NCBI GenBank assembly: GCA_973895155.1
Contig: OZ316894.1
Location: 2,310,457 to 2,374,456 of the forward strand
Length of the DNA stretch: 64,000 nt
Direction: 5' to 3'
From: Marsupella aquatica
Taxonomy: Eukaryota; Plantae; Marchantiophyta
Made by a program: the position numbers and the translations under genes. Under the pieces are notes generated by a model. It ran no database searches and had not been told where the DNA came from. It saw nothing but the letters and a program-made list of their open reading frames with translations. Positions 22,433-35,200 of the stretch are shown one piece after another. Positions within the stretch are counted from its first letter, which is position 1, and each line of letters begins with the position of its first letter.

Positions 22433-23848
22433 ATGGGGTCGGTGGCGGAGTGGGGAAATGCGTCCCTCGAGGAGGTGGACACGGAGATTTTCAACCTCAT
22501 CGAGCACGAGAAAGGGCGTCAGTACAAGGGCATCGAGCTGATTGCATCCGAGAACTTCACCTCGCAGGCGGTCATTGAAGCCCTCGGCAGCGCCCTCACG
22601 AACAAGTACTCGGAAGGGCTCCCGGGGGCTCGCTACTACGGTGGCAATGAGTTCATTGACCAGATCGAGAACCTCTGCAGAGCGCGAGCTCTCAAGGCGT
22701 TCCACCTCGATCCGGAGAAATGGGGTGTCAATGTGCAGCCCTACTCTGGATCCCCTGCCAATTTCGCAGTCTACACCGCTCTCCTGCAGCCCCATGATCG
22801 GATTATGGGCCTGGACTTGCCGTCGGGTGGCCATCTCACGCACGGGTACTACACATCTGGTGGGAAGAAGATCTCTGCCACTTCCATCTACTTCGAGAGC
22901 TTGCCCTACAAGGTGAATTTCGCCACCGGGTACATTGACTATGACAAGCTCGAGGAGAAGGCTCTGGACTTTAGGCCCAAGATGATCATCTCGGGAGGGA
23001 GTGCCTACCCGAGGGATTGGGACTACAAGAGGTTGAGATCTGTAGCTGACAAGGTTGGATCTCTGCTGATGACTGATATGGCTCACTTCAGCGGTTTGGT
23101 GGCAGCTCAGGAGGTGAACAACCCGTTTGAGTACTGTGACGTTGTGACCACTACGACCCACAAGAGTCTGAGGGGTCCCCGAGCTGGAATGATCTTTTAC
23201 AGGAAGGGGCCTAAGCCACCGAAGAAGGGGCAGGCTGAAGGGGCCCAATATGAGTATGAGGACAAGATCAACTTTGCCGTTTTTCCTTCACTTCAGGGGG
23301 GTCCTCACAATCATCAGATTGCTGCACTTGCTGTCGCTCTGAAGCAGGTGGATACTCCGCTTTTTAAGGAGTATGCCAAGCAAGTGAAGGCCAATGCCAA
23401 GGCTGTTGGAGAGGCTTTGATGAAGAAAGGGTACAATCTCGTGACGGGGGGGACAGATAACCATTTAGTGTTGTGGGATTTGAGGCCGCTGGGTCTCACC
23501 GGAAATAAGGTAGAAAGGGTCTGTGAATTGGCCCACATTACCCTCAACAAGAATGCTGTCTTTGGGGATAGTAGCGCTCTTGCACCCGGCGGCGTGAGAG
23601 TGGGTGCACCGGCAATGACATCCAGGGGGCTGAAGGAGAAGGATTTCGTTCAGATTGCTGACTTCTTGGAGCAGGCAGTGAACATCACTCTTGCAGTCCA
23701 GAAAGAGCACGGAAAGCTGCTTAGGGATTTCAACAGAGGTTTGGTGGACAACAAGGATATTGCGGCCTTGAAGGATTCTGTAGAGAAATTCGCATCCTCG
23801 TTTGACATGCCCGGGTTTGATGTCAAAGCCATCAAAGTTCCAGTTTGA
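22433..23848 (+). CDS. SHMT: Serine hydroxymethyltransferase, cytosolic clade (SHM4-like), 471 aa, intronless CDS
   Basis: Motifs [39 protein letters not shown] (PLP lysine), LQGGPHN and [13 protein letters not shown]. There is no transit peptide. Confidence 0.98.
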   Translation: MGSVAEWGNASLEEVDTEIFNLIEHEKGRQYKGIELIASENFTSQAVIEALGSALTNKYSEGLPGARYYGGNEFIDQIENLCRARALKAFHLDPEKWGVNVQPYSGSPANFAVYTALLQPHDRIMGLDLPSGGHLTHGYYTSGGKKISATSIYFESLPYKVNFATGYIDYDKLEEKALDFRPKMIISGGSAYPRDWDYKRLRSVADKVGSLLMTDMAHFSGLVAAQEVNNPFEYCDVVTTTTHKSLRGPRAGMIFYRKGPKPPKKGQAEGAQYEYEDKINFAVFPSLQGGPHNHQIAALAVALKQVDTPLFKEYAKQVKANAKAVGEALMKKGYNLVTGGTDNHLVLWDLRPLGLTGNKVERVCELAHITLNKNAVFGDSSALAPGGVRVGAPAMTSRGLKEKDFVQIADFLEQAVNITLAVQKEHGKLLRDFNRGLVDNKDIAALKDSVEKFASSFDMPGFDVKAIKVPV

Positions 23849-24958
23849 AGTTGTGACTTCGGTGGGCAAGTTTAGGTTTAGTTGTGCTCAGGTCTCTCCC
23901 CCCCACAATTGATCAAATCCTTCTCATTCTGTGTCCAGAAGAGGGCCAATTTTCGTATTATATAGCGGGGGAGTATTGTAGTAGGCAGCGGATACTATTT
24001 TTATCTCCCTGTGTGGAATACCGTTTAATGTTAGGGATTCTTGTCACACTGCATTTCATATGTAGCCGGTTGTCCAGTCCGAAATGGATGTTTTCGCACT
24101 AGTCGTACTCATTTCAGATGTCTGTCTTGTCGTGCTATTCGGTGTGAATGCAATGCTAGTGAGCTTCCACTCCTGTAGATTATCGCGGATGAGAAATTTA
24201 TAGAACAAGAATGGATGAATGCTGAGAATTCAGGGCCGGAGGTCTATTGGGGAGCTCTCATTCTAGGAATCTTAGAGAGTGGGTTGACATGACGTTCTCA
24301 ATTTGATGGGGAAAATTACTTCCGCGAAATAATTGAGCGGAGAGATATAAGGCACGAAGTTCCCTATGATCGTAGGGACGAATGCTCCTTGCATTCCAGC
24401 AAAACAGCTTAAAGATATGACGTCGTTCAGTAAAGAGGAACGCAGAAGGCTGTGGGAACCCTGACAAAGTGAGATGCCTTAAATTCCTGATGCGATTCAG
24501 CTTCGTCCTTGTATGTTCTAATGGGATTTCAAAGATCAAGTGAAAGTTACTTATTCCGAGTAGACTGTTACCGAGGAATGCAATCGATACGCCCGGCATG
24601 ATTTTGCCATACACTCCCCGAATCACGGACCCAGTTGCACTGAATGACTCCTGTCTCTTCAGTATTTTACTCTTAACTCCCAGTCCGAGTAAACTAGGAA
24701 CAAATCCATTAGTCTTGCATCCTCCGAAAACCCTTAACAGTCAAAACTATTCGAACTAGTCACTCTGGAGGCATTCTGAATCTCAGGGAAACGCTTTGAA
24801 TCTGATGGCTTGATAGGTGCATTTGCACTGTCTAGTATGAGCTGGAGTCCATCTCATTGGTCGAATGGTATCTGTTCCTCTGAATGATTTGAACAAGATG
24901 ATTGTTAAATGAGGGTCCTACCAGGATACTCCACAGCATGCGGAGGGGAATCCAGCAA

Positions 24959-25045
24959 AGTAGACTCGAAAGGTAACCGTTTCTGATTTCCTTTGAGGGG
25001 AATCCTGCAAAGTAGGCTCGAAAGGTAACTGTGTCTGATTTCCTG
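24959..25045. repeat. ~52-bp direct duplication
   Basis: AGTAGRCTCGAAAGGTAACYGTKTCTGATTTCCT occurs at ~24959 and ~25011. Confidence 0.75.
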
Positions 25046-26546
25046 TGCTGAAGCTCGACATTTATTGATCTGGGGGACGCTAAGGACCATAGATCTATCG
25101 AACGACTGTCAGCTTTTCTGGTGTGAGCGAAAAAAGTTAGTTATTTGCGTGCCGAAGATTCTGCTGTATAGCCTATACGTTGCATTATTTCATGCAGGTT
25201 GGCATCGAACTGTAGTTCTGGTATTCAGAATGAGCAGATACGGTCTAGACTGCACCAAGCCCACCCAAACTTCAATCAATGAATGTCAGCCTCAAATTGC
25301 ACTTGGTGGGCCCAGTCTCGTTACGACCTGCTCCTCCAAGGTGAGCCCACCATTAGGAGAGCAAAAGTTCAAGAGGTTACGTACCATTACTGCAGCTGAT
25401 GGATTTGAGCCTCTAACCGTTGTCAACGGTGCATAGATCTTTACAAAACTTAGCTTAACACTAGCACACCACCACTGCAGCACCCGAAAGCTCGTGCTAT
25501 GTATATCCACTTTATATAGATGTACAGAGCAAGGGGGTAAGCCTGCCTTCGAGCCCCTTAATTGAAAACAAGTGATCCACAGCCATGAAAACCTTCTAAA
25601 GTTGGTTGTCCAGAAGTGTTTACTTTAGATACAAATTGCTGTTCATGGGGCTAGTTCACAGGAATGACTAAGACACACGAAAGTACCTGAACATATATAT
25701 TGTCTACTCTTTTCGTCCGATCCTGCAGGCCTGCATTTTCAAACGTTTTCCAGGGTTCACCTAGAATTGGACCCTTCGTTGTTCCAAGTTTCACCTTTTG
25801 TTTTAATTGGTTTAGAACAAAAGTGTTACAGCAGAGCGCTTGAGAAAGTTCCTTTAAAGACTCAGAATTGATATGAAGACGAAGCAGAATTTAAAACATA
25901 GTGGCCAAACTCAGAGACAACTTGATAATTGATCATTTCCTTGAAGACGGAAGACACTTTTAGAGATACAAATTACAAGAGAGAAGGACGTAACATAGAC
26001 CTTGGTTCATACAGTTTGGGACTACGTAGTATCACGCTTCCGTCATGGCAATTTCAATCATTGCAATTTTATCTCCCTTGAGATTGTGGAATATTGCCTG
26101 GTGGGTCTCCAACTTCATCTTACTACAGTTATTATTAGTCGCACATGGTACGCAGAAAATCCAACTACATACATGAGAATGACTAGAGACTTGATAAAAA
26201 CTTCTTTTCCAATATGACAATAAACGGTGTTTCCCGTCAACAATTTCCTAAGTATGCACCCAGAAAGATTTTGCTGCTAAATCAGCTTTGCTGACATGTC
26301 CCACGGCAATCCCACGAGCCACAAAGGTCAACCAAGCTACGATTGAATACAACGAAAATTTCAGACTTCCACAATACCAAAATCCGCTGCTGGAAGGGCC
26401 TCATTTTTTTAAGGAACCAATCTACTCCTTCAGAAGAATGACATGGTTACAACGAATGAACTGACGGCTCTAGAGTATTGAGTACGTGCCGTTGTTCGAT
26501 TCTTTTCCCTGAATCCTCACAATCCACAATCACGACCATAGCTGTT

Positions 26547-28298
26547 CTACCAGCACCCAGGATCTTTAATAAACTCTGTAGGATTGTCAAACAATCTGTG
26601 CTTGGGTGGGAGACAACCTCGTCGATGCCACCAATCAACCAATGTTTCTTCCAGTCTTCTCACCTGCGAATTTGCACAGACAAATTTAATATCAAAGGGG
26701 AGTGAAAGTTCAGTGCTGACCATTCTGGGAAATTGTGCAACTTATTAGAGTCACGACTCTGGAAGGTATTGTGGTTGAGGCCTTACCCGCTTCACCATGA
26801 AAGGTTCTCCACGTAAAGTTAGTGGAGCTAGACGAATTGTCAACAAACCATTATTATTTCCGTAGACAACGTCAGTGAAGTACCTATCTCCAACCTGAGG
26901 CAAAGACAGTCGTCGAAGTGCATTAGATTTCATTTCTTCCCACTCGAAGAACGTAAAGGGAAACTCCTTATGAAGGGACTTCTATCTTTAAGCAGGGTGT
27001 GTCCGTCCACTGAAGCAAATGTCAACGTGATCTAGTAGACCATGATCCAATTTTGTAGCAAAGGTGACGACATGCATCCAACAAAGAGCTCACCATGACC
27101 AACATGGAAGGGTCACAACTGAAGTAGTTGGAGACAGCAAGTGCATTCCCAGCAGGCTTTTTCTGACCTGCGCTTTCCAGTAAAAGTAGTAAGGCTCTAC
27201 AGTAAACTGAACTGAGCTATTCACTGTCCATACAAAAATGCAACCTCACATTCGTTTGAACAAGCTCTCAGCTACTTGGAAGCTTCTTCATCTTTTGTGG
27301 CGGTTTTCCTAATACGTCTCCAATCCCCTGAATCTCTCCCACGGTTCTTAAACTCAATTCGAAAAACAAACAGCTCCAATTCTGTAAAAGATACCGGGCT
27401 AGCTCTTCTTCACAAACATAAAGAGTTTCATGAAAAGGTACCATGGCGGATCACTGGGATGCCAAGCCTATTCTCCACGAGCTTTGCTTCAGCTCCATCC
27501 GGATCATATTGGTATAGACCTGCAAACCTAACCATTCAAAATTTATATCACGAGAGGAGAAGATCTAGCCCTGTTTCGTGGCAGAAAACTGAAAGAAAAC
27601 CTGTCTAGAAGGTGATAGCACGACTAATTTTACTCAATCAGTGGCTTCAGGCAAAGTAAAACAAAGACTCGCAGAATGAATTCAATGTGGTTTTGCACCA
27701 TGACCAAAGACACACAACTCCAATCAATCAAGTTAACCTCAATCCGAGTCAATTTAATTCAAATCTCTAAGCACAAAAATAAAGCAAATCATTCATTTGT
27801 TTCTCTATACTTTTGGTGCTGAGGGCAGATATAAAACCAGATATGACTACTGTAAGGGCATTCGTTCCTTTATTTCTCTCAACTTCTGTATGGCTATTCG
27901 CTTTAGGTCCCTTCGTCCGAATGACGCAAATTCTCCAATTAGGCTGATCAGAAAACCCACCGGCAGAATTGCTCAGCAAAGCAATGCGCCCTCCGAAAAC
28001 CTCCCTACATTCCTCCAAAGAATCAGTGAGAGGGGGCCAGATGTTCTGCCCAAACGGAGCTGTAAGAGTATTGTCTTTGTCGAACAAAATGCCCTCGAAT
28101 CCCCTGATTCGCAACGCCTTCCAATCAATCCAAGAAATATCCGGCACGCTGACATGCGGAATCGCCAAATGCCGGTCCTTGACGATCACCCTAGCTGAAA
28201 AGGATACCCCTGAGACATTGACATTCTGTGCCAACTTTCTCCACAAGGACTTGCCTTCCATGCTGCTTACAGGATCTGCATGAGGACCATCAGCATTG

Positions 28299-28380
<82 letters not shown>

Positions 28381-28723
28381 CACTAGGCTGCTGGGCTTCG
28401 GTCAAGAATTCCTCTTCCTTCAAACTGGCATAACACCCAACTCCTCCTATTCCCCAAAGACCATCAGCAAACCTAGATTTCAGCCCCTTTCTAGAATTGG
28501 CCGCACCATCCACCCTTCCGTCCAATCTAATCCCCTTTCCGCCTCTGGTGCGATCTCCTATCAATCCTCCTGGTCCTGTTAAGCCTCTACCATGGCTCTG
28601 ATACTCAAAAACTGCTGCAGTGTTGTTGCAGTGCTGCAAGACAGGGTTTAGAGTAGAAGAGGACGACGAAATAGCAGAGGATGTGAGAATAGAACGTGAG
28701 ACAACAGCGTGGTGAAGGAACAT
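26547..28723 (-). CDS. PGPP1: HAD-superfamily phosphatidylglycerophosphate phosphatase (PGPP1/Gep4/YqeG-like) with an organellar targeting extension
   Basis: Exons: 28723-27961, 27519-27442, 27167-27094, 26894-26787, 26663-26547. Motifs: FDKDNTLT (DxD motif I), LLSNSAG, RHGQKKP, MVGDRYFTDVVYGN; the protein ends ...FIKDPGCW*. Confidence 0.92.
28297..28380 (-). repeat. Compound microsatellite (AGC)n/(AGT)n encoding a poly-Ser tract in PGPP1
   Basis: On the plus strand, a run of (ACT) repeats is followed by a run of (GCT) repeats. It translates as SSSSSSSSSRSSSSSSSSSSSSSSSSS. Confidence 0.95.
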
Positions 28724-29374
28724 TGCTGAATCCTGCCTGAACGGTAGCAGAACGTCTATACCAGCCAAGCTAGGAGCACACCCTGTCCATGTTGAAGGAC
28801 ATTGCCTGATACTTACGTTCCTGACCGCAGATGTTCCTGAATTTCCTCCTCGGCCCACATGAACTACCAACTACCCAACAACTGGAAACGAATTGCTGAA
28901 AGAACGCGTTCTGAAGTCCAAGATCTCCCAAAGAAGACGAGAAGAGGAATTGGAAGAGGAATTGGAAGAGGGAAGAAGAAAATCTATCCACTTTCAACCG
29001 ATGCTTTTGGTTTTAGGGAGACGGGTCTCGTTGAGGGAAATGATTTTGGAAGAGTGACTTGTGATGAGTCAAAGCTGTGGACACATGTGCCAAAGCTTCG
29101 CGAGTTCTGCAAGAGATTGCACTCGAGCGATGGAGAATTGGAAACGGGACTGCCAGAGTAAGGTAACACACATGCAGACTGGGATTGACTATGGCTATGA
29201 GCAAGCTTGTGACAGAATAACAAGCCAATTTGGGGAGCACAAGCTTGGATAGGATCTCAATCTCTAAGGTCACAATGGATGATCAAAAATGTCCATTTTC
29301 AAGTTGAGTAATGCTAGAGAGAGTAGTCTTAGTGACCATCGTGTACTGTTTCGTCACACTCCTATGGAGTTTTC

Positions 29375-29642
29375 TCCTCAACTTTACCAGACACGAGCCT
29401 TAATGCCCATTATTTGAATGACAATTTTGTTCCTCAACTTGTCCAGACACGATCCTTAATGCCCATTATGTGAATGACAATTTTACTCCTCAACTTTTCC
29501 AGACACGAGACTTAATGCCAATTATTTGAATTACAATTTTACTCCTCAACTCTAACAGACACAGCCTTAATGGCCATTTATTTGAATGACAATTTTACTC
29601 CACGAGACAAGAGCCTTAATGCCCATCATTTGAATGACAATA
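29375..29642. repeat. ~56-bp tandem repeat, about 5 copies
   Basis: The unit CCTCAACTTTWCCAGACACGAGCCTTAATGCCCATTATTTGAATGACAATTTTACT is repeated; a partial extra copy lies at ~29846. Confidence 0.9.
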
Positions 29643-29899
29643 GAATGGTAACAAAAATCAGCATGTATGATCATCATTTTGACATACCATACATTCCATT
29701 CTGCTCTCCATCTATATTCATTTTATTGGCCCTAGAGTTACAGTCTAGAGTTTCACTCTAGAAGCCTAGGCCCCCACTCTAGCTTCTATTTGCAAATAAG
29801 TGGTAAGATTTCAGTTTAATGTTGAGTGGAGTGCTAGTGTAGTTCCCCTCAACTTTACCAGACACTTGCGTTTACTGTTGAGTAGAGCTGTAGTGCCCT

Positions 29900-30040
29900 T
29901 GCTGGTGAGGGGCCCTGTGAGGGGCACTCTCTGGCTTTTTGGCTCTTTGGTCTAACCCAGTTTTTTCTTTGTATTCTCCCCTTTAGTGGGTCTCCTGCCT
30001 TTGGGATCCTTCTCCACGTTGGCAGTGTGTTATATATAAG
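29900..30040 (+). mobile_element. Dispersed repeat, probably a 3' end fragment of a non-LTR retroelement; related copies at ~52285-52455 and ~52920-53050
   Basis: All copies share GGCTC...GGTCT...CCCTTTAKTGGG...CCTTTGGGAT. The first two end in TATATA. Confidence 0.5.
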
Positions 30041-30401
30041 TTGAATGACACATGATTAGAGCAAAACAGCTTTACTGTAACACTTCTTTTGTATAGACTA
30101 AAAATGCACTTTGTACTTTATATGCAAGTCAGGTGGCAAAAACCAGAACCTGCCAAAGCAAGCTTTAATTACTGTTACACAAGGAGCATGTTAGCGTCCC
30201 ATCCGAGTAAAGGTTTAAATGGAGATCCCATCCAACCTTAATAACTTGGAATCATAGTGGAGTCATTGATTTATAGGTTGTCTAGTTATAAGAGGTCAAG
30301 TACTAAACACCAAGTCCAGTGATGTAACCTTCCAGCGCAACTGTTTTAAGTTAGGTAGGTCACACCCTATTTCATTGTTTTCCCATTACTCTTTCCAGGA
30401 A

Positions 30402-30433
30402 GAGAGAGAGAGAGAGAGTGAGAGAGAGGAAGA
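30402..30433. repeat. (GA)n microsatellite
   Basis: GAGAGAGAGAGAGAGAGTGAGAGAGAGG. Confidence 0.9.
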
Positions 30434-32289
30434 GCAACCAGCAAAAAAAGGAAAGGGGATTAAATGGCATTCCCTTCTCGAATTGTTGAAGGCTATGTAC
30501 CATGTGTAATAGGGGCTGGGTGATCTCCAATTTGGGATGGGAGTTGGTGTTTAAGGTAGCCACATGCAGGCAATTTTGAACATGGGGAGAACGCTTGCCT
30601 CTGCATGCAAGCTGACATCACATGTTATGAGCACACTAATTTAATGTTTGAGCATTGGATGGATTGTTCTTGCAACAGTGTGAGTGGGGCAGGATGCAAT
30701 GGGTTTAGGTTGGGGAGTGAGTTGGAGAGGGGGGAGGAGTAGATGCTACTTTGAAATCTAGGGTAGGGTCTGGGCACAGGAAGTAGAAGTTTAATGTAAG
30801 GACATGTTGTTAGTGTAGAAAACCACTTGGCACAAAATATGGTTTGCAGAAAGAGGCAAAAATAAAGATTTGCAAGAGTTGACATAGCAAAATGCAGTTT
30901 TTTTAAGTTTAGTTCTTTTGCCCTCTTAGTGGACTCCAGGCTTTGTGGCTCTTTCTGTCATCCTTGGGTTTATCCATAGTCCCCCACAGCCATTTTTTGG
31001 CGGGCAAAATTTAGTCTATCATTTACCTAAACACAGGCAGGCTAATGATACTCGGGCTGAAATTTTAAACATTATGTTTCATTTGCCACCACCTAATGCA
31101 CTATGGGGGAGTGTTAGGCAGGGAATTCTCTACAATAGTCAGAAAGTACTCTATGATTGAAAGAAATACTCCATATTCAGACATGTGCTTGTCTGTAGGG
31201 TAATTTAGTAGCCACTTTGGCTAATGTTTAAAAACAAGAAAATAATGGCTGGTCGCCCCCTGAGGGGAGTGTCAGCACCACCACCTATTGCACCAAAACA
31301 CAATATTGCTGTTGATCAAGGATGTTGTCCACTTTCCAAAGTAGAATCGACTAGTTTCATGGTGATGGATCACCATGCTTAAAAATAAGAAACAATATGC
31401 TAATCCAGAGTTGCTCTCCTTCCAATCCGCAAAGCTCCTGTTCTCAGCCACATAGTCAAACAAAGTTGCCCCACAAATTTGATGGGTTCCCACTTTTCTT
31501 GGCTTCAATTCGGATGGCATTGCCTGCCACGTCCAGAGCAGCTTCCAGCGCTCTGTTACTCTACAAATAGTCAAGCTACTACTGTACAGTTCAGATCTCA
31601 AGAAGAAAGTGTGATTGCATGGTGACCTACAGTTTCTGGCTGATTGCCCACAACAACCTCTCCACGGAAGTATGCTGATTTGGCGCTCTGCCATGTTGAG
31701 CTACCACCGCTCCGATACATTCCTCCAACATTTTCTATGCGTGTCTCATGATTGAGATCCGCCCTCCCCACCCAGCTCAACTTTACTCAACCAACTATCT
31801 CTCTTTCTCTCCCGCTCTGTTCCTCTCAGGATGAAATCAATTCAGTAGTCTACTGAATTGTAGCTCCACCACCGACATTGGCAGGATGACAGTGTTGCAA
31901 CTGCTGAAGTGGCAGCCTAATGTGGGTGTTTGAGTTTTGGAGTTTGTCTGCAACCTTACTAGCACCTAGTGTGGCTGGCATTGGATTCCAAGCTGGGCAT
32001 TTGTTTGAGAGCGATCGAGCCAGGGCAGAAGGCTAGAGGTAGAAGAAGTCCGTCTTGGCAGCTAAGTATTTGGAGACTAGTTTTCGGCCCGGATTGAGAA
32101 GAGATTGTGAACTCAGATTCATCTTCAGTAGAGGAGAATTGCAGTTTAGGCGAAAGAGTAAGAGATCAAGAAGCAACAAGTTTCACTTGCGATTGAGTTG
32201 AGATTCCTGAAGCAAGGAAGGGGAGGAAGGAGGAGTGAGTGGGTTGGTTGGTGGCCTGGACGGGAGGTCCGACTAGCGAGCTGTTCAAC

Positions 32290-35200
32290 ATGGCGACGTC
32301 AAAGTCCATGATCGTGATGCAAGCGAGGAACGATCTGCCTCACGTCTGGCGCGGCCCCCTCATGTCTGTACCGCTGGAAGAACCTCTCTGTACGTACCTG
32401 TCCTCTTCTTCCCTCCTCTTCCCTCGCCTTCCCTCAGCTTCCCGTTCTAGCTCTCCCCAATTCCCTCTCCCCAATGTGCTAAATACATCAAAATTGTCGA
32501 AATTCTAAATTGCTAGTCAATCTGGGGAAGAAGCAACTTCACCAAAAATTTCGCACATTTACAGGTCTGGCCAGTTTTTCCGTGACCAACGCTTTTTAAA
32601 GGGAAGAAGGAGAAATGATTGGGTCTTCTTTTGGCCCAAACGGTGCAATGGTGCACCGATTAGCCCACAACGATGAATTCTCTCTCTCCCTTTATTCGAT
32701 TGTATGCGAGGAGGATCACGGAAATCCCTAAAGCCATTTTCGTTGGAGCTATTCAAAGACTCGGCCTAGATGTACAGTAGCTGACGCGCCTCGCTAATCA
32801 CATGTTGGCACTGCTTTCAGTCGTGGTGGTGGGAGGATGGTCACGATGAAGTTTTGGTTTATTGGAAAACGGTTCACTTGTATAGCGGGTAGTCAAAAAT
32901 CATTGGGAGACGTAACATCTCGCGCCTTTCAGTGACGTTTCATACGTCTATCTCCTCTCCATGAGATGATTGGCATTGTCAAAGACTTTTTTGTTCCGAT
33001 GACCTCCTTCAAGTTAGCTTTTCAGTTGAACGCGATGAAAAGGGGAAACTGTGCTCAGGAGGATATTCCCCAAATTGCAGGTTTTAAGTTTCTAGTCCAT
33101 CCGAATGGGCATGTGGATCTGTCACATCCCCCCGTAACCTTATCATATCTCCAGAAGTAAAGCACCAACTGGTTCCCGCCCACAGCCAAACTGGTTGATT
33201 CACAATTCAATATTCAGCCGAATGGGTCACTCAATTCTCGACTTTGAGGCCTTCTTGTAGTGAATTTTGGTACGCTGCCCTGTCAGCTGCATTAGGGCCA
33301 AAGTGGAAGGTATCCCCCAGAGAATCGGTGAATCTCTGAGTTTCAGAAATTTCCTCATGCAACTTAGCCAATCACTTTACACACAACGTCCAGGCTGGAA
33401 ATTTCAATCAAAAACTCGCCCTCCTCACTTGTTCTCAGGGACACGAGCAGGATTGAAGGATATTGCCCCATACGATATAACCAGACCGAATTCTTTAGAG
33501 AAAGAAATTGAATCCTTAAGGTTTGAGCGCTTCTTCAGGCGAGGAAGGCAAGCAAAAAGATAAAGCTGACATGGCGTCCCGTCAACAGCTGGTTCAATGT
33601 GATGCTCGGAAGAACCTGCCTAATGTGTGGAGATCGCCTCTGGCATCCACCTTTCAAGATGCTCCCTTGTGTGCGTGTCTAATTCTCTTCTCTTGTTGCT
33701 GTACACTCTCCAAGGCGGTCCTGTCACTAGAAAGCCATACTTCCAAGAGTTTTTATTAAGTTTGATGGATAATAGGCAGCGCTATCGCAAAAAGACGAAC
33801 ACATTTGTCGTCCAAAATGTGGTAGTTTCAGTAAAAGTATACAAAATTACATGTCTTGAATGAATCAGGAAACAAGATTCAAGGCCCGATCCTGAAGCCT
33901 ACTGAGATCTTTTCAGACGTCAGATGTAGACTTTCCTATCTTCTAAACAGGAGCGCCATTTTTTTATTGCCGGCCCGTATGGGCATCATGGGTATGGGTA
34001 TTTCTGGGATTTTTGTCTTCCTGCCACACGATTGGAAATTTCATAAAACAAGAATGGTGATGGATGGAGCTCTAACCCTTCGACTGAGGCTAGGGTTTAA
34101 GACCGGAGGATGATTACTCTGCTGTCCTCCGTGCTCAATTTAGAGACCTCGCGTGTTGAGGAATCTTATTTTTGGACATTTTTAGCCACGGCAAAGAGTT
34201 TGCCAATTGAATCTAACCCAATTCAATGACCGTATTGAGCAAAATCTTATCAACCGGGGTCTGGGACACCATTTGTTTGGTCAGCGTCAATGAACTCAAA
34301 TTGGATTTTCAAATAGATTTTCATGGAGCATGGTATTTTGAGTTTCAGTAAAGCTATCCTGATCATGTCTCATGAGCTATCTTCCTCGAGTAGTGTCAAT
34401 CCTTAAGTTGCAATCTTAGAAGCTTCACATGTTTGGGAGAGCTAAGTTGTAATTTGCTGATGTCTGTTCCATTTTGATTATATTCAAATCACGAAACCCA
34501 CTATGTGAAGAGAAAGGGAGAGTTGTGTCACACCATAATATAGGTCTCACTGGGACTGTTTGCCCTTCACACTACATCTGTATTGTCAGTGGCAACAGAT
34601 AGCAAGAAAATCTTAATCTAATTGAAGGCTGTGTTTTTATGCTACAGATTGCTGCTACACCGTTGTGTGGTGCGTTGACAAACCAATCTCAGCGAGCATA
34701 TTCAATTCATCTCCTTTTCAGCATGGCACCTTCATTAGCATTGCATGCATTGATTGCCAGTTGCATAAATGTTCTTGTGTGGAGTCCCTCCAACTACATC
34801 TTCTTGCGGGTCCTCTGCGCATTACCTAGGTCAAGAACGTAGAAAAGGCATTTGAATTCTGCTATATCTCACTGAATTTCCCTGTCAATGCAGCCCTTAC
34901 TGTGCTGCATACCAGCTGCGGGGCCGGGCATTACGTGGAGATTGGTCCCGGTTAGTGTTTTCACTTGTTTGAGATTTTAAACTACCGTTCTGTCTTCTGA
35001 GTGCTTCTGGTCCACGTTGGAAGGTTGTCTCATGCTCCCGTTTGTGGTATTCTCGCTTTCAGATTCACTTGCTGTGGAGGCTCTATGCCCTGTAGTGGAA
35101 GTTGTGGTGAATCAGAATGTCCCAGATTTTGTGCAGGTGTGGAGGTAAGTTGCAGTCCTAGTCATAACCCCCAGTTCTCCAAGATCGTCTCGCTACCCTT

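Noticed and set aside
22355-23248. 297-aa antisense ORF opposite SHMT
   Set aside because: It is a shadow ORF expected from the GC-rich codon usage of the sense gene, with no recognisable motifs.
27430-27441. U12-like donor GTACCTTTT in PGPP1 intron 2
   Set aside because: It lacks the ATCC core and no U12 branch sequence lies near the acceptor; treated as U2.
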